Source: Candidatus Latescibacterota bacterium (lineage in GTDB: Bacteria > Latescibacterota > UBA2968 > UBA8231). Taken from it: a stretch of 64,000 nt of DNA. The notes under the pieces were generated by a model, which was not told the origin of the DNA, searched no databases, and saw only the letters and a list, made by a program, of their open reading frames with translations. Location: NCBI GenBank assembly GCA_964291625.2, contig OZ220089.1, forward strand, positions 2,112,001 through 2,176,000, given 5' to 3'. Numbering within the stretch: position 1 is the first letter of the stretch; every line of letters starts with the position of its first letter. This document shows positions 1 to 10,329 of this stretch, piece after piece. Both the position numbers and the translations under genes were made by a program.

Positions 1-476
1 AGCACCTGATCGGGCCGGTAGCGCTTGCCCGACTGCTCGAAGAGGAGCAGCTCCTGGTCGGTGCCGTACCCCGCCACGCCGAAGTTGATCGCCTCCACCG
101 GGGCGGCGGCCGCCTCGGACTGCAGCCGGGCCTCCAGCCGGCTGCTCACCGCGTCCTCCGACGGCACCCCCCAGCCCTCGACGAAGGAGTCGCCGAAGAG
201 CAGGAGCCGCCAACCGCCGGACGGCCTGTCCAGCGGATACTCCCGGTCCCGGAGCCCGTCGGCGTTGATGCGCATCTCCACCTCGAACTCCGGCCGCCGC
301 ATCCACCCCGAGGCGCCGGGGATGTGGTGCCATCCCAGCCGGTCGTCGAAGCGCCACAGGGAGGGCTGGCGGGAGAGCTGCGGCTTCCACCAGCCGAGCA
401 GCCCTTCGCTCAGCAGCAGGCCGGCCGCCAGGCCGCCGATCGCCAGCAGGACCTTCGAGCCCCGCACCCCCTTCAC
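1..476 (-). CDS. SGNH/GDSL hydrolase family protein with N-terminal membrane anchor (3' end runs off the window)
   Basis: Not in the ORF track. Manual minus-strand translation from GTG at 476 gives a hydrophobic N-terminus, 'INADGLRD', block I 'LLFGDSFVEG' and block II 'INFGVAGYGTDQE'. Confidence 0.85.
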   Translation of the reverse strand, partial: MKGVRGSKVLLAIGGLAAGLLLSEGLLGWWKPQLSRQPSLWRFDDRLGWHHIPGASGWMRRPEFEVEMRINADGLRDREYPLDRPSGGWRLLLFGDSFVEGWGVPSEDAVSSRLEARLQSEAAAAPVEAINFGVAGYGTDQELLLFEQSGKRYRPDQV

Positions 477-488
477 GCGCCCGTGCCC

Positions 489-1614
489 CTATTGCAGGGC
501 GAATTCCACGGGGTCCAGGCCTGCCACCTCGACCGTCAGGGAGTTGCGGTTGGGAGGGACATCGAACAGCAGCAGGAGCCAGGTCTTCTCGCCGGCGTCG
601 AGGCGCAGTTCCAGCGCCCCCGCAAGCTCCGGGGCGGCCAGCGAGGCCCCTTGTGCCGGCGTGCCGGGTATCTTGAAGGCCCGCAGCTCCACCGGCCGCT
701 CCAGCGTCCGCCGTCCATCGGCGAGCAGGGCGCTCGACCCCGTGGCCAGCGTTTCCTCGAAGGTGATGCTCCGGCTCTCGGACGCCCCGTTCTCGAGGAA
801 GACGATCACCTCGCGCCAGGCCCCGGACGGCGGCGCCGGCGCCTCGCCCTCGCCGTAGGAGACGGCGGCGGGAGGGCTACCCGCGAAGGACCAGCCTCCA
901 CCGGACCCGGCCGGCGCAGCGCCGTCGTAGTGCGTCCACGAACGCGATTCGCCGGCGGCGGCACGGATGCCGGGAGTACCCCGCAGCCGCGCCTCGTCGG
1001 CGTACTGGCCCTCCGGGAACCGCTCCAGAAAGGCCTGGTAGGCCTCCGGCGTGCCCGCCGCGCGCGCCTTCTGGTAGAGCAGCCGCTCGAGGAGGGAGCG
1101 GGCGTGGTCGGCCGCCGCCCCCTCGGGATTGAGCTCCAGGAAGGCCTCGAAGTCGGCGGGCTCGCGGCTGCGGGCGAGCCCGGCCAGCAGGAAGGGGGCG
1201 ATGCGCTCCCCGGCGTCGTCGGCGAAACGGCCCTCGGGGTACTTCTCCAGGTAGCGCTCGTAGGAACCCTGGGTGTTCTGCCTCTGGGCCTGGACCCAGT
1301 GCATCATCTCCACCGTTCGGGTGGCCTCGTCGGCGTGCTGGCCGTCCGGATGGAGCTCCAGGAATCCGGTGAAGGCGTCGAGGGTGTTCTCCTTCTGGGC
1401 CTGCTTGAAGCGCAGGGTCTCCAGCGCCTCGCGGGCGTCGGCTGCGAACTCGGCCCTCGGGATAGCGTTCCAGGAACTCCTCGTAGCCCTCGGCGCTGCG
1501 CTTCATCCGGGCGTCCTGCCACTCCCTCTCCTCCGGATCGGACCGCACGCCGGTCAGCAGCATCAACGCCAGCAGGGGCCACCCCCTCGACCCGGGGATC
1601 TTCGACATCGTCAT
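489..1614 (-). CDS. Exported helical-repeat protein with five ~37-aa 'Y/FxxFLExYPEG' repeats; frameshift near 1453
   Basis: The signal-like N-terminus and repeat 1 are in the frame of ORF 877..2331. Repeats 2-5 and the C-terminal domain are in the frame of ORF 489..1313. Removing one base near 1453 joins them (PEG-EFAADAREALE). Confidence 0.7.
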
Positions 1615-1781
1615 CTCGCGCTCCTCGCCTTGCCTTCGGGTCCTGGTACGTGGGATCCTTCCTGACCGCCGCGGGCAAAGGATAGGCCGGGGCGGCTCGA
1701 TGGACGAACCGGCCGCCCCCCCTGATGGCGGACGCCAGGACGACGGCCGCCTTCGGCGTGATCTTCCGCCCCGAGGAGCGG

Positions 1782-2351
1782 CTACCCGCCCATGGCCGGC
1801 CACAGCCACGCGAAGACCGCGGCGGTCGCCAGCGCATACAGCAGGGCGTCGAAGAGCTGCTTGACCTGCATGGACCACGGCAGGCCGAACCACACCGACT
1901 CCAGGACGCGTCCCCAGCCGTAGAGCAGCCAGGCCACGGTGCCGGCCAGGCGGAAGACCGCCATCGACTCCGCCCCGGGCCCGAGGGCGCGGCCGGCCAC
2001 GTAGGCCACGGCGACCCCGGCCACCAGGAAGTAGACGAAGGTGGTCACCATCTGGCGGGCCATGGCCGGGTCTCCGTTGGGCAGCACCGTCATGAACGCC
2101 ACCGGGCCCTCGGCGAACTTGCGCTGGTTCTCCGGCTCCTTCAGCGCCGCCCGGGAGGCGATGTTGGGGATGTTGTAGAGTCCGGGGGTCAGGCCCTGCG
2201 GCTGCAGGGCCCCGCGGGCGGCCTCCTCGTCGGGCAGGCCTCGATAGTCGGACTTGTGGTGGGGCAGGGCCATCCAGACGACGGCGCTGACGATCCACAC
2301 CAGGGCTCCCGACACCACGATCGGAAGCCACAGCTCGGGCAGGGTTGTCAC
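1782..2351 (-). CDS. Hypothetical integral membrane protein (about 4 TM segments)
   Basis: 189-aa ORF with several hydrophobic helices and a GGAGG RBS upstream. Confidence 0.75.
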   Translation of the reverse strand: MTTLPELWLPIVVSGALVWIVSAVVWMALPHHKSDYRGLPDEEAARGALQPQGLTPGLYNIPNIASRAALKEPENQRKFAEGPVAFMTVLPNGDPAMARQMVTTFVYFLVAGVAVAYVAGRALGPGAESMAVFRLAGTVAWLLYGWGRVLESVWFGLPWSMQVKQLFDALLYALATAAVFAWLWPAMGG

Positions 2352-2355
2352 GGGA

Positions 2356-3266
2356 TCATCCTCCGTTGGTGAGTGGGGGTGAAGCGGGTCCGTCGAGCGG
2401 CTCCAGTCCGAGGGCTCGCACCGCCCAGGGCAGGGCGGTACGCAGCTGCCGGAGCTGCACCTCGCGCACCCGCGGCGCCGTGGGGATCACCGGGCTGGCC
2501 GGCCCTCTCGGCGAAGTAACCGCTGATCACGGCGGCCAGGGGCTCCCGCGCCGTGCAGGATCTCCTCGGGCCGCGGTCCTCCCTCGGCATGCAGGCTCGG
2601 CGCCCAGCCGGCGATATCCAGGTCGGGGTGGGCGACCACGGCGTGGTTCCAGTCCACCAGGACCGCCCGGCCGCCGCGGAAGCAGAGGTTGTCGCTGCGC
2701 ACGTCCAGGTGGGCCGGGCAGGGTCCGTCGATCTGCGCCTCGTCCTCGGCCGCCGCCAGCATCGGGGCGTTGTCGCCGAGCCAGCGTTCAGTGACCAGTC
2801 CCAGGGACAGGAACGGTTCCGGCTCCGCGGCCACCCGGCGCCAGCCGCCGGTCAGCTCCCGGGCGAACTCGCCCACCGGCGGCAGGGCGCCGCCGGCATC
2901 GGCGGCCCGCAGCTCCTCGAGGGCGTCGAGCACCTGGCCCACCATGCAGCCGTCCCAGGGGGGCGGCCAGGAGCAGCGGCTCAGGTCCTCCAGGAGCAGC
3001 AGCGGCCGCTCGCCGTCGTCCCACCCCCGCAGCCGCGGCATGAAGTCCCCGGCGAGGGCTGTGTAGGCCCGGTGCTCGTCGCGCAGCCACCCTGCCGTCC
3101 TCGAATCGACGCCGATCTTGGCGAATACCGTGTCGCCGCCTTCCAGCGCCACCACCCAGCGCTCGGCCGGCGTATAGCCGCCGGCGGCCCTGCGGAAGCC
3201 GGTGGGACGCCGGCCGGTGAGGTCGCCGATGCGGACGCTGTCCTCGCTCCGCGGCCCCTCGCTCAC
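2356..3266 (-). CDS. Aminoglycoside phosphotransferase/choline kinase-like protein; two apparent frameshifts near 2540 and 2493
   Basis: 'VFAK', Brenner motif 'HLDVRSDNL' and 'LVDW'. The C-terminus continues in two other frames (LAAVISGYFA; VREVQLRQLRTALPW). The GTG start overlaps the upstream stop codon. Confidence 0.75.
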
Positions 3267-4270
3267 GGGTTCCACACCCGCTCGAAGAGACGCAGCCAGT
3301 TGCCCCCCAGCAGCTTGCCGATCTCCTCGGCGCCGTAGCCCCGGGCGGCCAGGGCCTCCGCCAGGTTGGGGAACTCCGCCGGGGTCTCCATCCCCTTCGG
3401 CTGAAAGCTCAGCTCCGTGTACGGCACCGACCCGTCGGCAAAGGTCGAGGGGAACTTCGTGCCCTGCTGCGACACGATGTAATGCCAGAACTCGAGCGGC
3501 TGGTCGTGGGTGGAGTCGGTGCCGAAGGCGACGTGGTCGATGCCGATGCGCTCCACCATGTCGTCGATGGCGTCGACGAAGTCCTCCAGGGTCGAGTCGA
3601 ATCCCCTGGGAAGGAAGTTGGCGAAGGAGGTGGCGCCGACGACGCCCCCCTTCTCGGCGAGGGCCACGAGGGCCTCCTCCTCCTTGTTGCGCGGGTGGCC
3701 GCAGTGGCTGCGGGCGTTGGCGTGGGTGATGGCCACCGGCTGCTCGGAGGTCTCGATCGCCTCCAGGGTCGTCCTCGGCCCGACGTGGGAGAGGTCGATG
3801 AGGATGCCGAGCTGGTTCATCTCGCGCACCGCGTCGACGCCGAAGTTGCTCAGCCCCGCGTCGTTGCGCTCCCAGCAGCCGCTGCCGAGGAGGTTGGTCT
3901 CGTGGTAGGTGAGCTGGATCACGCGCACCCCGAGGGCGAGGAACAGCCCCAGGCGGTCGAGCTCGTTCTCGATGGGCGAGGCGTTCTGGAAGCCGAGGAT
4001 GATCCCCGTCTTTCCGAGCCTCCGGGCGGCGTGGATGTCGGCCGTCTCCTTCACCTGCAGGATGTCGTCCCGCTCCCGGAAGCGCCGCATCCACGCCGCG
4101 AGGTGGGCCATGGTCTGGGTGAAGTTCTCCCACGTGGCCACGGTGGCGTTGATGGCGGTCACGTCGCCGGCCCGCAGCCCCTCGAACACGGCGTCGCTTT
4201 CCCAGTTGCTGACGTTCAGGCCGTCGATCACCACCGACTCGTCGTAGATCCTCCTCGCTTCGCTCGACAT
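3263..4270 (-). CDS. Membrane dipeptidase (peptidase M19 family)
   Basis: 'IQLTYHETN', 'IDLSHVG', 'ITHAN...HPRN', 'IGIDHVAFGTD' and 'LGGNWLRLF' motifs. Confidence 0.9.
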   Translation of the reverse strand: MSSEARRIYDESVVIDGLNVSNWESDAVFEGLRAGDVTAINATVATWENFTQTMAHLAAWMRRFRERDDILQVKETADIHAARRLGKTGIILGFQNASPIENELDRLGLFLALGVRVIQLTYHETNLLGSGCWERNDAGLSNFGVDAVREMNQLGILIDLSHVGPRTTLEAIETSEQPVAITHANARSHCGHPRNKEEEALVALAEKGGVVGATSFANFLPRGFDSTLEDFVDAIDDMVERIGIDHVAFGTDSTHDQPLEFWHYIVSQQGTKFPSTFADGSVPYTELSFQPKGMETPAEFPNLAEALAARGYGAEEIGKLLGGNWLRLFERVWNP

Positions 4271-5412
4271 CACGGCGCTCCCTTCTCGAAACGTCTCCCG
4301 ATTCTGAACAGATCCCCGAGGTGGTTCTCCCGGTCCTCGAGGGCGTCGGCGATCACCGGGCCGATCGCTCCCCCGAACTTGAAGCCGTGGCCGCAGCCGC
4401 AGCCGGCGATCAGCACCCTCTGGCACCCGGGGGCCCAGTCGATGACGAACTCCTCGTCCCGCATGTCGACCATGTTGGTGTAGAGGCAGGACCGTCCGCC
4501 CACGAGCTCGGCGCGGGCCAGGGCGGGAATGCGCTCCGCCACGAACTCCCGCGCCCAGTCCAGGAAGGCCCGCGTCGGCTCCCGCGAGACATCGACGGCG
4601 GCGTCATCCACCTTGCTGTCCTCGGCCACCTTCACGAACCCCTCGGGCAGCCGCGGGAAGCCGTACCAGAGGTTGCCGGGGGACAGGATCGACCACACGG
4701 GGAAACGGCCGCCCTCGAAAGGGGCCGGGTCCGCCGGCACGAAGAAGGCCATCTGCTGCCGGGTGATGCGCACCCGCGGCTTCATCGCCGGCAGCAGCTC
4801 CCCGACCCAGGGTCCGGCCGCCACGACCGCGCGGTCCCAGTCCCGTGACTCCGAGGCCCATGTCACCTTGGCGCCGGAAGCGGTCTCCTCGAGGGCGGTC
4901 ACCTGGGTGTTCTCGAGAATCGCCACCCCCGCCTCCCGGGCCAGCCCCGCCAGGTCGGCCAGGGCCTGGCCGCTGCGCAGGTACCCCGCCCAGGGATCGT
5001 GGAACAGCCGGTCCTCGGCGCTCACGGCGAACTGGGGGAACCGCCGGTTCACCTCCTCCACCGTCAGCTCGGTCACGTCCTTGCCGAGGCGGCTCAGGGT
5101 CTCCCAGCCGGCCAGGGCCTCGTGGTCCGGTCCGAAGCCGCGCACGGCGATCAGCTTGCCCGTCCGGAAGTAGATCGAGCGGCTGGTGCGCTCGTGCCAC
5201 TCCCGCCACTGGACCGCCGCCCGCGTCACCAGCTCGACGTAGATCTCGTTCGGGTACATGGTGCGCCGGATCACCTTGGAGACATCGGTGCTCGACGCCT
5301 CCGGGTTGGGGATCTCGCCGCGCTCGACCAGGGTCACCTCGTGGCCGCGCCGGCGCAGCTCCAGGGCGGCGGCCATGCCGAAGATCCCGGCGCCGACGAT
5401 GCAGACATTCAT
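4270..5412 (-). CDS. FAD-dependent amine oxidase, monomeric sarcosine oxidase/SolA-like
   Basis: GAGIFG dinucleotide fold, 'SSTDVSKVIRR', 'CLYT' (flavin-linked Cys position) and 'GHGFKFG'. Confidence 0.88.
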   Translation of the reverse strand: MNVCIVGAGIFGMAAALELRRRGHEVTLVERGEIPNPEASSTDVSKVIRRTMYPNEIYVELVTRAAVQWREWHERTSRSIYFRTGKLIAVRGFGPDHEALAGWETLSRLGKDVTELTVEEVNRRFPQFAVSAEDRLFHDPWAGYLRSGQALADLAGLAREAGVAILENTQVTALEETASGAKVTWASESRDWDRAVVAAGPWVGELLPAMKPRVRITRQQMAFFVPADPAPFEGGRFPVWSILSPGNLWYGFPRLPEGFVKVAEDSKVDDAAVDVSREPTRAFLDWAREFVAERIPALARAELVGGRSCLYTNMVDMRDEEFVIDWAPGCQRVLIAGCGCGHGFKFGGAIGPVIADALEDRENHLGDLFRIGRRFEKGAP

Positions 5413-5425
5413 GATGGCAGACCTT

Positions 5426-6700
5426 TCACGAGGGCTTCAGGCACCCGTAGAACACCGCGTTGCTGTGGCCGCCGAAGGGACCGGTCCAGTATGCGTCGAT
5501 GACCCCGGCGGGGGTGCCGCCGGCGCGGGTCGAGCTGAGGAACAGGTGCCACAGAGGCCCGATGCCCTCGAGCTCCACCGGCTCGCTGATGCGCCCCCAG
5601 TCGCCGGGCTCGCCGCTGGCGTACCACACCGACTCGGCGGCCGAGCGGCGGCCTCGGGTCAGGAGGTAGTGGACGCGTCCGTCCGGGGTCTGGTAGAGGC
5701 GGCCGCTGTTGAAGGCGCCCAGGCACCAGGCCCGGAAGGGGCCGCCGGGTGGCCCGACGGCGTGGTAGAGGCGCGAGCGGGCCGGGTCCTGGTCGGTGGC
5801 GGCCCACACGCTGCGGGCCGGCTGGCGGTTCTCGTAGTAGACGAGGTGGACCAGGCCCTCGTCGTCGGCGAACAGGTCCTGGTGGTCCGTGGTACCGCGC
5901 GCCCCGGAGTCCTCGTCGAAGGTGTCGCTCACGTCGCTCACCAGCGTGCACCGCCAGTCTTCGGGAGAGCGGAGCAGATCCGGGTTGTAGTAGTACCACG
6001 CCTTCAGGACCGGGTAGATGCCCCTGGGCGTGCGTTGCGTGCGGGTGCCGCCCGTGTCCGGGTCGGGGAGGGTGATGGACTGGTCGGGATACCGGTCCCC
6101 CGCGACGAAGTAGTCGTCGGAGCAGAAGGTGTGGGCGGCGCCGTCCCGGAAGAGGACGAACTGGTATCCGCGGGCCGTGTCGTGGCCGATCTCGCCCTCG
6201 GCGGCGGGGGTGAAGTCGTCCGACCCATCGAGGACGTACCAGGCCAGGCGCGGCAGGCCCCCGGCCACCAGCACGCGGTCGCGGCCGTCGATGGCGGCGC
6301 CGAAGCGGGAGTCGGCCCTGACCCGGCGGCGCAGCTCCCAGCGGTCGAGGCGGCCCGGCCCGTCGAAGCGCACGTGCCAGCTGGCGCAGTCGCCGCCGAT
6401 GACGTGCAGCCGTCCGGTGGAGTCGACCAGGAGGTTGCCGTTCTGCGGCACCGGCGGCAGCACCGGTCCCGCCTCCCAGTCCCCCGCGGACAGCCGCCGG
6501 AAGACGCAAAGGGTGAGGTCGTCGCGCCAGCTGAGGGCGTAGAGATCGTCGCCGGAGCGAACGAGGTTGGACTGGTTGTAGCCCCAGCCGCTGGCGCCGC
6601 TGCCCCCGGAGAGCCGGTGTCCGGCGGTGTCCGTCACGGCCTCGACGCGCCACTCGAAACGCGCCGGGGCGCCGAGGCGCACCTCCGGGCGGTCAGCCAT
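5426..6700 (-). CDS. Hypothetical protein, probably a beta-propeller (BNR-like)
   Basis: 424-aa ORF with coding-like GC3 and repeated 'D..GR.H' blade-like motifs. It sits in line with its neighbours. Confidence 0.65.
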   Translation of the reverse strand: MADRPEVRLGAPARFEWRVEAVTDTAGHRLSGGSGASGWGYNQSNLVRSGDDLYALSWRDDLTLCVFRRLSAGDWEAGPVLPPVPQNGNLLVDSTGRLHVIGGDCASWHVRFDGPGRLDRWELRRRVRADSRFGAAIDGRDRVLVAGGLPRLAWYVLDGSDDFTPAAEGEIGHDTARGYQFVLFRDGAAHTFCSDDYFVAGDRYPDQSITLPDPDTGGTRTQRTPRGIYPVLKAWYYYNPDLLRSPEDWRCTLVSDVSDTFDEDSGARGTTDHQDLFADDEGLVHLVYYENRQPARSVWAATDQDPARSRLYHAVGPPGGPFRAWCLGAFNSGRLYQTPDGRVHYLLTRGRRSAAESVWYASGEPGDWGRISEPVELEGIGPLWHLFLSSTRAGGTPAGVIDAYWTGPFGGHSNAVFYGCLKPS

Positions 6701-6703
6701 CCC

Positions 6704-7363
6704 CTAGCTGTATGGAGGCATGTGCATGGCCAGGGCCAGGGAGACCTCGATGTCGGAGATCGCCTGCGCCATGGCCCGGCTGATCAGGTCGAGGCGGCGC
6801 ACCTCGTCGATGCGGGGGGCGATGTGCTCCACCTCGCGGGCGGACAGGATCTGCTCGAAGAGGTTGCAGGCGTGGGCCAGGCCGATGATCACCACGTCCC
6901 GCGGAGTGGGGATCTCGTCGCTGAAGAGGATCTCCATGATCCGCAGCTTGACCTCCCGCTCCACCCGGTCGTCGATGACCGGGTAGCGCCGCGACCGGAA
7001 GACCCACAGGAAGCGGTCCTCCTGGCGCTGCAGGATCCCCCGTTCCACCAGGCGATCGAGGGCCGCCTCGCGGATGGCGTCGGAGCTGCGCAGGGCGGTG
7101 CGCTCCACCCAGAAGCGGGCGTCGTGGGTCTCCTCCGCCGCGGCGATGTCGGCCAGGGTGGGGTCGAGGAGATCGTCGCCCAGGGGGGTCGAATCGACGA
7201 GCATCAGTTGCTTGAGATCCGTGTCGATACGGTTCTCCAGGGCCAGGTCCATCAGCACACCGCCGGCGAGGGCGTAGCGCAGCTGGCGGTCGGGCACCCT
7301 GGCGAACTTCCCGTCCTCGTCGTCGAGGATGAGAAGCATGAGCTCTTCCGGGAATCTCAGCAT
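6704..7363 (-). CDS. GPP34/GOLPH3 (Vps74) family protein
   Basis: 'EELMLLILDD', 'LAGGVLMDLALENRI', 'LVERGIL' and 'FRSRRYP' match the family pattern. Confidence 0.85.
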   Translation of the reverse strand: MLRFPEELMLLILDDEDGKFARVPDRQLRYALAGGVLMDLALENRIDTDLKQLMLVDSTPLGDDLLDPTLADIAAAEETHDARFWVERTALRSSDAIREAALDRLVERGILQRQEDRFLWVFRSRRYPVIDDRVEREVKLRIMEILFSDEIPTPRDVVIIGLAHACNLFEQILSAREVEHIAPRIDEVRRLDLISRAMAQAISDIEVSLALAMHMPPYS

Positions 7364-7486
7364 GGAAGTCCCCGCCTGTTCTTGAGGTTAGATTCCGAGC
7401 GCTTCCCGCTCCTGGGACATCGCCAAAGGTGGCGCACCTGCCGGGCAACGGCAAGCGGCCGACACGACACTCGCGAGGGATGAGAC

Positions 7487-8310
7487 ATGCCATTCTCCTA
7501 CTGCCTGAACACCAGCACCATCCGCACCGAGGGCTCCTCCATCGTGGACGCCATCGACACCGCCGCCGACGCCGGCTGGGACGGCATCGAGCCCTGGGTT
7601 CAGGAGCTGGACGACTGGGTCGCCGGCGGCGGCACCCTGCAGCAGGTCCGCGAGCGGGCGGAGGAGCGGGACCTGGCCATGGTCAACCTCATCGGCTTCC
7701 CGGAGTGGGCGGTGCCCGAGGACGATCGCCGGGTTCGGGGCCTGGAGGAGGCGGTCCGCTGCTTCGAGATCGCCCGCGAGCTGGGCTGCCCCCACGTGGC
7801 CGCCCCGCCCTCCGGGATCCACGACCGCCGGGTGGAGCTGCGCCCGGTGGCCGAGCGCTACGCGGCCCTGGTGGACCTGGCCTCCGAGTCGGGAGTGACG
7901 CCGCTCCTGGAGTTCTGGGGGATCGCGCGGACCCTGGGGACCGCGGGGAGATGCTGCTGGTGGCGGCGGAGTGCGGGCGTCCGGAGGTGCTGATGCTGGC
8001 CGATGTCTACCACATGTACAAGGGCAGCGGCCATCACTTCGGGTTCGAGCACTTCGGCAGGGGCCGCCTGGGCCTGGTGCACGTGAACGACTACCCGGCC
8101 ACGCCCGGCCGTTCCGAGGCGACCGATGCCGACCGCGTCTATCCAGGGGACGGGCTGGCGCCGTGGCCGCGGATCACGGCCATGCTCGAGGCCATCGGCT
8201 ACGACGGCATGCTGTCGCTCGAGCTCTTCAACGAGAGCTACCGCGCCCGGGGTCCCGAGGCCGTGGCCCGCGAGGGTCTGGAGAAGCTGAAGCGCTGTGT
8301 AGAGGGGTAG
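7487..8310 (+). CDS. Sugar-phosphate isomerase/epimerase (xylose-isomerase-like TIM barrel); frameshift in G run at 7945-7948
   Basis: 'AGWDGIEPW' and 'LEFWG' in the first frame. 'DVYH', 'VHVND', 'RVYPGDG' and 'GYDGMLSLE' in the second frame. One extra G restores a single ORF. Confidence 0.85.
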
Positions 8311-8496
8311 GCCGGCCTGGAGGCGGCCGAACGGAGGAACCGGCGCGCGGAGCCCGCCGTGATATGTGGAAAATACGCCGCTGGAGTCCTCCCGTCAAAT
8401 ATTCAATTCTGCGTAACTTCAGTACTTACAGATAGTTATTGACATAATCCAACGGCGGTCTGTTCTTCCCTGCACCCCCCGAAGGAGGTGCCTGGA

Positions 8497-9270
8497 ATGG
8501 CCGACGGCCGTGATTCCTCTTCCGCCGAAGAAGTCCGCGTCGAAGGATCGATCGTCCGCTCCGGGAAGTGGTCCGGAAACCTGGCCGAGCTGGCGGACGA
8601 CAGCCGGCGGCTTCACCGGCTGCTGTCCGAGGAGCGGGTCGACGAGGCCCGCGCCCTCCTGCGCTCCCGGTCCGCCGAGGAGCAGGCGGCCCTCGTCGCC
8701 ATCGACGCCGACCCCGAGCAGGTCCTGGCCCTGACCGCCTCCGCCGGGCGGGGCCTGCCCGCCTACAGCCGCGAGGTGGTCGACCGCCTGCCCTCCGAGC
8801 TGCTGGCCCGGCTCGCCGCTCCCGGCACCCGGCACAGCCGCTACAACCCGGCGGTCCTGCGGGCCATGTCGCCGCGGGTCTTCGACCGCACCGTCCGCGA
8901 CGTGCTCGATCCGATCGACAACCCCGACCTGCGCACGAGCGTCGCCTGGGAGTGGCTCGAGGCCGTGGCCGCCCTCCACGACCCCAACCAGGCGGCGGCG
9001 CTGCTGCGCGCCGTCGACCCCGCGGCCCTGGAGGAGGCGGTCATGGACCGGCTGACCGACTTGAATCTGGGGCAGGTCGTGGGCGGTACCGAGGTCGCCT
9101 CCGTCAGCCTCTTCCAGACCATGACCGAGGGATTCGCCTGGACCCGCCCCTCCGACTACGTCGCCGACGCGGCCACCGCGGAGGTCCTCGACGCCCTCTG
9201 GGAGGCGGCGCCGGAGCTGCTGGCCTCGACCGTCGTCAACGCCACCCGCCGCCTCCACGGCACCGGATGA
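8497..9270 (+). CDS. Hypothetical all-helical protein (weak resemblance to MgtE-N/DUF6178 N-terminal region)
   Basis: ORF with AGGAGG upstream and coding-like codon usage. The family resemblance is from memory only. Confidence 0.65.
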   Translation: MADGRDSSSAEEVRVEGSIVRSGKWSGNLAELADDSRRLHRLLSEERVDEARALLRSRSAEEQAALVAIDADPEQVLALTASAGRGLPAYSREVVDRLPSELLARLAAPGTRHSRYNPAVLRAMSPRVFDRTVRDVLDPIDNPDLRTSVAWEWLEAVAALHDPNQAAALLRAVDPAALEEAVMDRLTDLNLGQVVGGTEVASVSLFQTMTEGFAWTRPSDYVADAATAEVLDALWEAAPELLASTVVNATRRLHGTG

Positions 9271-10214
9271 CCGGTCTCGCGCACCCCGATCTCAACCGCA
9301 TCGCCGCCGGCACGGACCGCTTCCTCGGCAGGGTGCTGGTCATCGGCCGGGACCACCACCGCCTGCCCCGCGGACTCGAGGACGGACTGATGGCCTTCCT
9401 CCGCCTCCACGCCACGAACCATGCCCGGCGCTACCGCACCGGCATCGCCATCGACCGGGACTCCCTCGAGGCCGGGGTGCGCCAGGGCTTCACCTGCGTG
9501 GAAGTGGCGCTGCAGGCCGCCGCCGCGGACGACGTGGAGCGGGCGATCGAGCTGCTCGCAGCCGCCGACCTGGAGGACCTCCGCCGGCAGGGGTGGGAGC
9601 GGGCCTGGAACACCCTCGACGAGATGCGCCGGGAATCGGCCACACACCTGGGCAGCCCCTGGTCGGCGCTGCTGGAGGAGTGGATTCCCGAGCTGGAACG
9701 CTGGACGACGCTGGTCCCGGAGTCCTGGACCGCCGCGGGAACGGGCGGCGCTCCCGAGCCCGTGGACCCGCCGGCGGAGTTCGCCCGCTACCTGCACGTG
9801 TCGGAGCGGGCCCGGTTCCTCGACAGCCTGCCGGACGACGCCCTGCGGCCCCTGTTGCGGAAGTGGCACCCCCCGGCCGACTTCCCGCTGCTGCTGCGGC
9901 ACCTGGTGGCGGCCCTGGCCCTGGATCGCCTGCGCCTGCCGGTGGCCCGCGCCGGCATCGAGCGCTTCGCGGCCGCCTGCTTCGAGGGTCCACACATGGA
10001 GCCCGAGACGCGGGCGAAGGTGCTGCAGCAGTTGGAGACCCATCTCGAAGCCCGGCCGCCCGATGCCGACCCGAAGGGGCCGACCCTGCCTCACCCCCGG
10101 GGGCGGGTCACGCTGCTGCAGGAGACGGCGGAGCAGATCGAGCTGCTGGAGAGGGCCGACGCGTCCGGGCGGATCGGTCTGCTGCAACTGCCGGGCCCCG
10201 GCCGCCGGCACTGA
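9267..10214 (+). CDS. Hypothetical helical protein, translationally coupled to the upstream gene
   Basis: ATGA overlap at 9267-9270. This is the C-terminal ~315 aa of ORF 8568..10214. Confidence 0.65.
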   Translation: MTGLAHPDLNRIAAGTDRFLGRVLVIGRDHHRLPRGLEDGLMAFLRLHATNHARRYRTGIAIDRDSLEAGVRQGFTCVEVALQAAAADDVERAIELLAAADLEDLRRQGWERAWNTLDEMRRESATHLGSPWSALLEEWIPELERWTTLVPESWTAAGTGGAPEPVDPPAEFARYLHVSERARFLDSLPDDALRPLLRKWHPPADFPLLLRHLVAALALDRLRLPVARAGIERFAAACFEGPHMEPETRAKVLQQLETHLEARPPDADPKGPTLPHPRGRVTLLQETAEQIELLERADASGRIGLLQLPGPGRRH

Positions 10215-10289
10215 GACGGCTCAGGAGCGGCTCGGCGCAGATTTCGAGCCGCTGGAGAGGGCCGCGTCCCCGGGCGGATCGGTCTGCTG
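10145..10289 (+). repeat. Imperfect ~40-bp direct repeat (10145-10184 and 10251-10289)
   Basis: GCTGGAGAGGGCCG...CCGGGCGGATCGGTCTGCTG occurs twice, once inside the gene end and once just past the stop codon. Confidence 0.8.
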
Positions 10290-10329
10290 ACTCCGCCGGG
10301 CTCCGCGCGCCGCCGGTGAGCCCCGGGCC

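Noticed and set aside
2356-3266. Aminoglycoside resistance gene
   Set aside because: Only the general APH/choline-kinase fold motifs are visible. The metabolic operon context argues against a resistance role.
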